Assembly (NCBI GenBank): GCA_947569245.1
Contig: CANORV010000001.1
Location: forward strand, 1-61,381
Direction of reading: 5' to 3'
DNA length: 61,381 bases
Source of the DNA: an uncultured Mycoplasmatota bacterium
GTDB lineage: Bacteria > Bacillota_I > Bacilli_A > RF39 > UBA660
Shown here: piece after piece, positions 18,020-25,593 of the stretch
How positions within the stretch are numbered: the stretch's first letter is position 1
Layout: every line of letters starts with the position of its first letter
Notes under the pieces: model-generated
What the model was told of the DNA's origin: nothing
What the model saw: only the letters and a program-made list of their open reading frames with translations
The model's database searches: none
Translations under genes and position numbers: made by a program

Positions 18020-18886
18020 ATGATTAAATTAAAAACAAAAGAATTACATTTTGATGAATCTAGTCCACACTTACATATTGTTGGAGTTCCTTTTAAAGAT
18101 GGAATGAAAAATGGTATGGAAAAACAAGTTGGAAAATCTGATGTATTTAATAAAATAAGTTTAGTAAATATTCAAGATAAAATGAGAGAATATTGCATTA
18201 ATTCATTCAATAGAATTTATCATTTAAACTATACTCTTAAAGCAAAAGAAGAAGGAAGAAATGTTGATATTAATGTAGCTAATATGAATGAATATAAAAA
18301 GTTTAAACGAGAACAAGAAAAATACAAAAAGCAACTTAAAGAATTAAATAATAAAACAGATGAATTACAAAACAAATTTAATGAGATTAATGATATTATT
18401 AATAATCTAAAACCCACTATTATGAATAAAAATAATTACTCTATTTCTAGTGAAGATATAGATAAAATCAAAAAATATATAGAACAAACTAATGATACTA
18501 CTTCTAATTTAAGAGATGCTAACGACATAAATATTGTTTTACAAAAATATGAAGATGATTTAAGAGAACACTCTAACGAAGTTAGAAATTTAAAGAAGAA
18601 AATCAAAACTCGTGATGATAGAATTGAAGAATTAGAATATGATTTAGATAATGCCAATGAAACTATTGATGAGTTAGAAGATAAGGTATCAGAATTACAA
18701 AAAATAGTTGATTACTTTAAAGAATTATGGAAGAAGTTTATTGAATTTTTACAAAACAAATTCTTCTCTAATGATAAATATGATGACTTCATCAATGATT
18801 TATATGATGAAGATATACTTGATGACAATGATATAGATATTATTCAAAATAATAAAAATAATGAAAAAGATGATTTTGAAAGATAG
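18020..18886 (+). pseudogene. 5'-truncated MobV/Pre-family relaxase (plasmid recombination/mobilisation enzyme)
   Basis: 'ELHFDESSPHLHIVGVPF' is the MobV HxDExxPHxH motif, which normally lies about 100 aa into the protein. Here it sits at residue 10. The N-terminal catalytic region is missing and a terminator lies just upstream. The C-terminus is coiled-coil-like. Confidence 0.7.
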
Positions 18887-18936
18887 TAAAAAATACCAAT
18901 TTATAGTATAATTTTATTTAGATGTTGGAGGAAGTT

Positions 18937-19683
18937 ATGAATAAAAAAGTAATATTAAATCAAGTTGATAAACTTATAAAAATGTATAATAATGGTGAAC
19001 TTGGTGGTGAAGTAATGCCAGAAGATGCAAATCCTCATTTTGAAAAATCTTCTTTAGAAAATTATTTATATTTTACCGCACCAATGGCATTAAATTATCA
19101 AAGAAATTCCTATACTCTTTGGGAAAGTGCATTGAAAACATACAATGACCCAGAAACTAGATTTGTATTTAATCCTAAAATTTGTTTGGAAAAAACTTTT
19201 GAAGAAGTACAATATGCTTTAACTAAATATAAAGTTGCTTTGCAAAAACAAAAGCAAACTGAAATTTGGTTATCACTATGTAACACTTTTGTAGAATTAT
19301 TTGATGGCGATATAAGAAAGTTATTTGATACATTAGATAATGATGTAGATAAAATTAGAGATTATATTCAAAAAGAAAATAAAAAAAAATTCCCATACTT
19401 ATCTGGAACTAAAATTTGTAATTATTGGATGTATGTAATTTATCAGTATACTGATCGAAAGTATAGAAATATAGAAAATTTAACCGTTGCTCCAGATACT
19501 CATGTATGCAAAGCAACACATAAACTAGGATTAATAAATGAAGATGAATTTAATTCTAGTAATGTTCAACAAATTGTTATAGATAAATGGCAAGAACTAT
19601 TTAAAAATACAAAATATAAACCGATTGACATTCATACCCCACTTTGGTTATGGAGCAGAAATGGTTTTAAGGAGGTAAAGTAA
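18937..19683 (+). CDS. HhH-GPD-superfamily (endonuclease III-like) DNA glycosylase-like protein
   Basis: 'FPYLSGTKICNYWMY' is HhH-like. 'VAPDTHVCKATHKLGLI' resembles EndoIII 'PVDTHVFRVSNRLGL'. Start at MNKKVIL (GGAGG RBS). Confidence 0.5.
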   Translation: MNKKVILNQVDKLIKMYNNGELGGEVMPEDANPHFEKSSLENYLYFTAPMALNYQRNSYTLWESALKTYNDPETRFVFNPKICLEKTFEEVQYALTKYKVALQKQKQTEIWLSLCNTFVELFDGDIRKLFDTLDNDVDKIRDYIQKENKKKFPYLSGTKICNYWMYVIYQYTDRKYRNIENLTVAPDTHVCKATHKLGLINEDEFNSSNVQQIVIDKWQELFKNTKYKPIDIHTPLWLWSRNGFKEVK

Positions 19684-20234
19684 TGAAAGTATTAATAGGA
19701 ACAAAGAATCCAGGAAAAATAGAAGGAGCAACAGAGGCATTTAAAAATTATTTTGATGATTTTGACATTGATGGTATTCCAGTTTCATCAGATGTTAGCA
19801 AAGAACCAGTAAATAATGAAATATATGAAGGTGCTAGAAATCGTGTTAATAATTTAATGAAATATGCTCTAGAAAATGGAATAGATGCTGAATATTTTTT
19901 AGGTGTAGAATCTGGAATAACTAATTTGTTAGGTAAATGGGTTATTATCAATATTGCTGTTATTAAAGATAAAAATGGTTATGAAAGTTGGGGGACAAGC
20001 CCAGCATTTCCTGTACCAGATAAGTATGTTGATGAAATAATTTCAACTGATTTAGGAAAAGTAATGGATAAAATATTTAAGCAAAATGATTTAAGAAGTG
20101 GCAAAGGTGGTATTAGTTTTATTACTAATGGAATAATTAATAGAATAGATTTAACTAGAGAAGCATTTATAATGGCACTTACCCAACATACAAATGAAAT
20201 TTGGAATGATAGAAAAGTATTAGAGAGAAAATGA
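19683..20234 (+). CDS. inosine/xanthosine triphosphatase (YjjX/DUF84 family non-canonical purine NTP phosphatase)
   Basis: 'MKVLIGTKNPGKIEGATEAF', 'EGARNRVNNL' and 'GVESGI' are collinear with E. coli YjjX as I recall it. Confidence 0.75.
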   Translation: MKVLIGTKNPGKIEGATEAFKNYFDDFDIDGIPVSSDVSKEPVNNEIYEGARNRVNNLMKYALENGIDAEYFLGVESGITNLLGKWVIINIAVIKDKNGYESWGTSPAFPVPDKYVDEIISTDLGKVMDKIFKQNDLRSGKGGISFITNGIINRIDLTREAFIMALTQHTNEIWNDRKVLERK

Positions 20235-20246
20235 GGAGGAAATAAA

Positions 20247-20936
20247 ATGAGTAGAAATATTATTATAACTGGTGGAGATGATGGCCTAGGTAAAGCAATA
20301 GCAAAGTTATTAAGTGAAAAAAATAATGTTATTACTATTTCTAAAACAGAAGAAAATGCTATGAAAATATCAAAAGAAATACCTAGAGCAGAATGTTATA
20401 CTTGTGATGTTACTAAACCTGAAGAGGTCAATAATACTATTAAAACGATTATTGGAAATCAAGGAGATATTGATATCTTAATTAATAATGCTGGTGTTTG
20501 GCTAGCGGGAGATTTAACTGAAAATACTTATGAGCAAATTAATAATTGTATAGATGTAAACACTAAAGGACCTATTTATATGACAAAAGCAATATTACCA
20601 AATATGTATGAATCAGGTCATGGATTGATTATTAATGTTTGCTCACAAGCAAGTTTTGATAGTGATGATTTTTCAACTGTTTATAATGCTTCTAAATGGG
20701 CTATGAGAGGATTTAACAGATCTATTCAAAAAGATGTTAGTAAAAAAGGAATTAAAGTTACTGGATTCTATCCTGGATTTATGCAAACTAATATTTTTAA
20801 AAAAGCAGGAAATGATTATGATACATCAACAGGCTTAGAGGTAGAAAAAGTTGCAAAAGCAATTGAATTTATTATTAATTGTGATGATGATGTTATAATA
20901 CCTGAATTTGGAATAAAAGATATAGAAAATTATTAG
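20247..20936 (+). CDS. short-chain dehydrogenase/reductase (SDR)
   Basis: 'ITGGDDGLGKAIA' (TGxxxGxG), 'NNAG', and 'YNASK' (YxxxK). Confidence 0.85.
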   Translation: MSRNIIITGGDDGLGKAIAKLLSEKNNVITISKTEENAMKISKEIPRAECYTCDVTKPEEVNNTIKTIIGNQGDIDILINNAGVWLAGDLTENTYEQINNCIDVNTKGPIYMTKAILPNMYESGHGLIINVCSQASFDSDDFSTVYNASKWAMRGFNRSIQKDVSKKGIKVTGFYPGFMQTNIFKKAGNDYDTSTGLEVEKVAKAIEFIINCDDDVIIPEFGIKDIENY

Positions 20937-20937
20937 T

Positions 20938-21816
20938 ATGAAAGGAATGGGTATAATGGAAGAAAGATTAGTAAGAATTAATTCTGTTGATGAAATAGAA
21001 CAACCAGGTATTTTATATACTCCAAGTGAAGATACAAAAAAAGTTGTTATACATGTTCATGGATTAAATGGAAATTTCTATGAAAATAGATTTATAGATG
21101 TATTAGCAAGTTCCTATACAAGTAAGGGTTATGCTTTCTTAACTTTTAATAATAGAGGTAGAGATTTTATTACAGAGTTACTTAAGGGAAACGATTATAC
21201 AATTATTGGTGGAAGTTTAGAAAGATTTAAAGATTGCATATTAGATATCGAAGGTATAGTTAATTGGGTAAAGGAAAAAGGATATAATGAAATAATACTT
21301 GAAGGACATAGTTATGGGTGCAATAAAGTATTGTATTATTACAATCAAAAAGAAGATGAGAGTATTAAGAAAATAGTATTACTTGCCCCTTGTGATATTC
21401 CATCAGAAGGAAAAAAGTTTTTAAGTGAAAAAAAATATAAAATTGCAAAGGAAGAATCAACTCGATTAGTAAATGAAAATAAAGAAAATGAATTAATTGA
21501 TTTTTCTGTTATGGCTAATGGAAAAATAGCAGCAGGAACATATTATAATGATTTTCTACCTGGTGGAGTTAATGATTTTATTAGATATACAGATGGTATA
21601 AATGGAAAAAGTGAAGTTCTTAATAGTTTAGATATTCCTGTATTAGTAATATTTGGAGATGTCGATGAATGTGTTTTAACTCAATCTATTGATATAGTAA
21701 AAGGATATTTAAGTAATAATATTAATGATTGTAATATTCAAGTTATTAAGGGTGCAGATCATTCATATAATGATAAATATAATGAGTTAGGAGAAATAGT
21801 TAAAAATAATATATGA
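20938..21816 (+). CDS. alpha/beta-fold hydrolase
   Basis: Nucleophile elbow 'GHSYGC'. Candidate acid and His residues at 'FGDVDE' and 'GADHS'. The start codon is uncertain (three ATGs within the first 7 codons). Confidence 0.7.
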   Translation: MKGMGIMEERLVRINSVDEIEQPGILYTPSEDTKKVVIHVHGLNGNFYENRFIDVLASSYTSKGYAFLTFNNRGRDFITELLKGNDYTIIGGSLERFKDCILDIEGIVNWVKEKGYNEIILEGHSYGCNKVLYYYNQKEDESIKKIVLLAPCDIPSEGKKFLSEKKYKIAKEESTRLVNENKENELIDFSVMANGKIAAGTYYNDFLPGGVNDFIRYTDGINGKSEVLNSLDIPVLVIFGDVDECVLTQSIDIVKGYLSNNINDCNIQVIKGADHSYNDKYNELGEIVKNNI

Positions 21817-22268
21817 AAGTATTATTTACAGCATTTAATGGAAAAAGTAATTCTTCAAAACTTTTGTTAGACAAAATTAATAGTGATAATAAATTGTATT
21901 TAAGAAATAGTTTCAGCACTAGTGTTAATCAACTAAAAAAAGAATTGAATAGTAAAAACTATGACTTAATTATTTCATTTGGTCAAGCCCCTTTAGACAA
22001 AGATACTATAAAAATTGAAACTATTGGTCAAGATAAAATAAAATATAAAACAAAATATGATTTTACATCATTAGAAGAAACATTTTGTATTAATAATTAT
22101 AAAACTATTATATCGAATAATGCAGGAGCATACTTATGTAATAATATTTATTTTAATGGACTTAAATATATTGATGATAACAAATTAAATACTAATATGA
22201 TTTTTATTCATATACCAGCAATAGATAATATTAGTAACATTGATAATTTGGCAAATATCTTCAATTAG
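21813..22268 (+). CDS. pyroglutamyl-peptidase I (C15)-like protein
   Basis: 'AGAYLCNNIYF' resembles the catalytic Cys region 'GTFVCN' of pyroglutamyl peptidase, and 'FIHIP' resembles its His region. ATGA overlap with the upstream gene. Confidence 0.5.
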   Translation: MKVLFTAFNGKSNSSKLLLDKINSDNKLYLRNSFSTSVNQLKKELNSKNYDLIISFGQAPLDKDTIKIETIGQDKIKYKTKYDFTSLEETFCINNYKTIISNNAGAYLCNNIYFNGLKYIDDNKLNTNMIFIHIPAIDNISNIDNLANIFN

Positions 22269-22388
22269 AAAAATGTTTAAAAAATATAGCATTATTAGTA
22301 AAAATAGTTTATAATTTAGATATGAAGTCAGTACTATATGTACTTGATTACTTAATTTTGCGAAAAGTTGTAGATAACTATCACTATC

Positions 22389-22414
22389 GCACCAGATTGA
22401 TACCAAACTCGAAC
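22389..22414 (+). repeat. direct repeat copy 2, att-like
   Basis: GCACCAGATTGATACCAAACTCGAAC. Confidence 0.7.
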
Positions 22415-22442
22415 CTCTCTATTTTAGAGAGGCTCGAGTTTT
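22408..22442 (+). terminator. rho-independent terminator downstream of the island-1 operon
   Basis: CTCGAACCTCTCT-ATTTT-AGAGAGGCTCGAG followed by TTTT. Confidence 0.55.
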
Positions 22443-22467
22443 AAAATATCCTAAGTTTTGATATAAT
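22439..22467 (+). promoter_or_regulatory. candidate extended -10 promoter upstream of 5' box B
   Basis: TTTTAA, 17-nt spacer, TG-n-TATAAT. Confidence 0.35.
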
Positions 22468-22490
22468 GTTTTTGTAAATAAATTGAATTT

Positions 22491-22531
22491 TGTCAATTTA
22501 GTAAACACACTTGTACATTGACATCATCAAT
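22491..22531 (+). repeat. 5' box copy B
   Basis: TGTCAATTTAGTAAACACACTTGTACATTGACATCATCAAT. The CATTGA-CATCA-TCAATG hairpin carries a compensatory base-pair change relative to copy A (AATTGA-CATAT-TCAATT). Confidence 0.6.
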
Positions 22532-22552
22532 GAATGTGTGTAGGAGGTACTT

Positions 22553-23260
22553 ATGAAGAAAGATTGTAAATTGACGTTTTTTGAAAATTTCAATGATTTA
22601 AATAATTGGAATTTTAACATTGGAAGTGGACTTAAAAATTTATGGGGGAATCATGAGAAAGAGTTTTATACTCAAAAAGATGATAATATTTATATAAAGG
22701 ATAATAAATTATATATTGTTGCTAAAAGAGAAAAATTTGAAGATTGTAATTATACCTCAGCAAGAATAACTACGAAAGATAAAAAATATTTTAAATATGG
22801 TTATATTGAAATAAAAGCTAAACTTCCTACGGGAAGGGGTTCATGGCCCGCTTTATGGAGGATGGGGCAAAACGGATTATGGCCTATAGGTGGAGAAATA
22901 AATATTATGGAACATATTGGAATTAATCAAAATATGATTTACCACACAATTCATTCTAAAAATCATATATGTAAATCTTATTTCTCACATAAAGAAATAA
23001 TAAATGGTGTTTCAGATGACTTTCATATATACGGAATGCTATGGGAAGAGAATGCTATTGAATTCTTTGTTGATAATGTTCCTTATGGAAAAATAACTAA
23101 TGATAAATATATAAATAAGGAGGATTAGCCATTTAATGATTATTTTTATTTTATTATTAATTTAGCAGTCGGAGGAGATTGGGCTGGAGAAATAGTTGAT
23201 GAAGATTTACCATTTATTTTTATAATTGATTATATTAAGGTTTATCAGAAAAGTTGTTGA
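22553..23260 (+). pseudogene. GH16 beta-glucanase/laminarinase-like gene interrupted by an in-frame TAG
   Basis: 'GGEINIMEH' corresponds to the GH16 ExDxxE motif with Asp replaced by Asn. The TAG at 23126-23128 is followed in the same frame by 'PFNDYFYFIINLAVGGDWAGE...IDYIKVYQ', a typical GH16 C-terminus. No signal peptide. Confidence 0.7.
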
Positions 23261-23268
23261 ACGTCCTT
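23249..23268 (+). repeat. 3' box copy B
   Basis: AAAAGTTGTTGAACGTCCTT. It contains the TGA that ends the extended GH16 frame. Confidence 0.6.
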
Positions 23269-23862
23269 TCCAATGTCATCAGTTTAAGAAACTATGCAAG
23301 AAATTGTATAGGTTTCATCATTTATCACACGCCAAAATTCATCAGTTATAATTGATGTTTAACTGCCTTAATATTAAAATTAAATACTACTTAATTTATT
23401 GTAACTATTCTTATTATAGGGACTAAAATGAACTTTATGTTTCCTACCTTTTCTTATTGGTATTTTATATTTAGACATTTTATTTATTAATTTATCATAC
23501 ACAACTTTAATCTTTTATTTTCGTCTTCTTCTAACATTATCTTTATTCATTACTTTTAAATAATCCTATTGCCATATCTTCATCTATAGTCATTTCATAC
23601 TTATATTTATTTTGTTCTAGTTTTTCTTCTGTTTCTTTCATCATAGACGAAACTATATTAAAAATGAGTACACTAGAGAAAAAATATTGTTCTATTATAA
23701 TCTTGAAACTACTAATAAATTTTTCTGTTTTTAACTTCCATTTTAAAAATTTTTATAAATCGCCCCACTTTGGAAACACTATCTTTAATCTAAGTAAATT
23801 TGACAAAAAAACAATACTTATGCACAATAATAAGTACATTTGAGAGGAGAATAAGAATATAT

Positions 23863-24486
23863 ATGATAATACATACAAAAGAAGAACTTCCTATATTACT
23901 TGACTACTGTAAAGCTACTCCATATTCTGATGCAAAACCTGGTGGAGATTTTTACAAAATTAAATCTCAAACATTTTGCTTTCCTGATGGAACAATACAA
24001 ACTAGAGAATATATAGATAAAAGAAAAGCCAGCGTTGTAATACCAATAACAGAAGATAAAAATGTTGTTTTTGTTATTCAACCAATTGCATTATCAGAGG
24101 AAGGATCTTTAATAGAGTTTCCAGCTGGATATTGGGAGTTAAACGAAGATGGCTTACAAGCTGGAAAAAGAGAACTGTCAGAAGAAACAGGCTATGTTCC
24201 AGAAAAAATACTATATCTTGGTAGCCATTATCAAGATCCTGGTAGTATTAAACAAAAGGTTGATGTATATTTAGCCCTAAATTGTAAAAAGTTACATAAG
24301 CAAAAACTTGATAAAGGTGAATTTATAAAATATGTTGAAATACCATATGATTTAGCTCTTGAATTAATGGATGAAGGATATTTAAAAGATGCTAATTCTT
24401 ACATTGCATTAAGTAAAAGTAATAGAGTTTTACAAAAACAATATAAAAAGCAACAATATAATATTAAAAATAAAAGTTGTAAATAA
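23863..24486 (+). CDS. NUDIX hydrolase (ADP-ribose pyrophosphatase-like)
   Basis: NUDIX box 'GYWELNEDGLQAGKRELSEETGY'. Start moved to MIIHTKEE (GAGAGGAG RBS). Confidence 0.85.
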   Translation: MIIHTKEELPILLDYCKATPYSDAKPGGDFYKIKSQTFCFPDGTIQTREYIDKRKASVVIPITEDKNVVFVIQPIALSEEGSLIEFPAGYWELNEDGLQAGKRELSEETGYVPEKILYLGSHYQDPGSIKQKVDVYLALNCKKLHKQKLDKGEFIKYVEIPYDLALELMDEGYLKDANSYIALSKSNRVLQKQYKKQQYNIKNKSCK

Positions 24487-24497
24487 CTACATTACTA

Positions 24498-24513
24498 ACA
24501 CCAGATTGACAGA
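24498..24513 (+). repeat. direct repeat copy 3 (short), att-like
   Basis: ACACCAGATTGACAGA shares the exact 11-mer CACCAGATTGA with copies 1 and 2. Confidence 0.4.
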
Positions 24514-24721
24514 ATAACGCAAATCTTACTCATAAACATCCAATCTAAAAGGACAAAGAAAAAACTTAACTATTAAATATTTCTAAAATAATTATAACAA
24601 ACATTGTTTCTTATGCAATAATTTTATGCTAACTTTTTTAAATTAACATATAATACAATTATTAAATCTTACCTATTTTCTAAAATAAATCTGTGTTAAA
24701 ATTATATATAGGTGATGTCCT

Positions 24722-25516
24722 TTGAACATATATAAAAATTTAAACAAAATAACTAAATATATCGATGAAAATCTTGAAAATGATATAAACTATGAAACAT
24801 TAGCAAATTTTTTAGGAGTAAATGTCTATACTATGCAAAGATTATTTACTATGATTACAGGTATTTCCCTATCGGAATATATTAGAAAAAGAAGATTATC
24901 TAGTGCCGGTTTTGATTTATATGAGAAGACTTCAAAAATAATTGATATTGCAATTAAATATCAATATGATAATCCAACATCATTTTCTAGGGCATTTGAA
25001 AAATTTCATGGAATTAAACCAAGTCTAGTAAACAAAGTAACGAAACTTAAAAATTTTCCGAGAATAATTTTCAATGAAGATGTTAAAATTACTACTGAAT
25101 TTGACTATGAAATAATCACTCTTGACGAAATGCATCTATATGGTATTGGTATCACAACAAATAATAAAAAAATCACAAATGACGCACCAATCTTTTTTAA
25201 AGAAATCGAAAACAAATATATAAACAAATATGGAGAAATCAAATATGGAATGATTACATATGATACAAAACATGAAGAATGTCAAAAATATTATTGTCTA
25301 TACGATAAAGTAATAGATGAATTTGAAAAGATAATAATTCCTAAAAGTAAATGGTTAAAATTTAGAATCAACTCCCAAAATGCTAAAGACATCCAAGAAA
25401 TATCACATAAATTTTACAAAGAATTTCTACCATCAATTAAATATAATCTAAAAGAAATGCCTGAACTAGAATACTATCATAATGATGTAACTGACTTTTT
25501 GATTGCTATTTATTAA
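24722..25516 (+). CDS. AraC-family transcriptional regulator with GyrI-like effector-binding domain
   Basis: The N-terminal double HTH ('LANFLGVNVYTMQRLF', 'IDIAIKYQYDNPTSFSRAFEKFHGIKP') is AraC-type. The C-terminal ~150 aa are Rob/GyrI-like. TTG start. Confidence 0.8.
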   Translation: MNIYKNLNKITKYIDENLENDINYETLANFLGVNVYTMQRLFTMITGISLSEYIRKRRLSSAGFDLYEKTSKIIDIAIKYQYDNPTSFSRAFEKFHGIKPSLVNKVTKLKNFPRIIFNEDVKITTEFDYEIITLDEMHLYGIGITTNNKKITNDAPIFFKEIENKYINKYGEIKYGMITYDTKHEECQKYYCLYDKVIDEFEKIIIPKSKWLKFRINSQNAKDIQEISHKFYKEFLPSIKYNLKEMPELEYYHNDVTDFLIAIY

Positions 25517-25552
25517 ACTGACAAAATTAGTTGATAAAATGTCAGTTTTTTA
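25517..25552 (+). terminator. rho-independent terminator after the AraC gene
   Basis: ACTGACA-(16 nt)-TGTCAGT followed by TTTTTT. Confidence 0.55.
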
Positions 25553-25593
25553 TTTTACATTTTTGCTATACTTGTAATCAGGGTGACAAATTT

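Larger units (their letters stand above)
16874..22414. mobile_element. integrase-less island segment 1 between att-like repeats 1 and 2
   Basis: Bounded by the 26-nt direct repeats. Contains a toxin-like ORF, a truncated MobV relaxase and a cargo operon. Confidence 0.45.
22415..24513. mobile_element. integrase-less island segment 2 between att-like repeats 2 and 3
   Basis: Bounded by repeat 2 and the shorter repeat 3. Contains the same 5' and 3' boxes as segment 1, a dead GH16 gene, a decayed region and a NUDIX gene. Confidence 0.35.

Noticed and set aside
22185-22406. Minus-strand 73-aa ORF spanning the end of the C15-like gene and att-like repeat 2
   Set aside because: It crosses a repeat boundary and an intergenic region, has no RBS, and partly overlaps a better-supported plus-strand gene.
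23126-23128. TAG as a recoded sense codon (for example pyrrolysine) in the GH16 gene
   Set aside because: No pyl genes or other in-frame TAGs were seen in the window. The gene also has a mutated catalytic motif and lacks a signal peptide, which favours simple decay.
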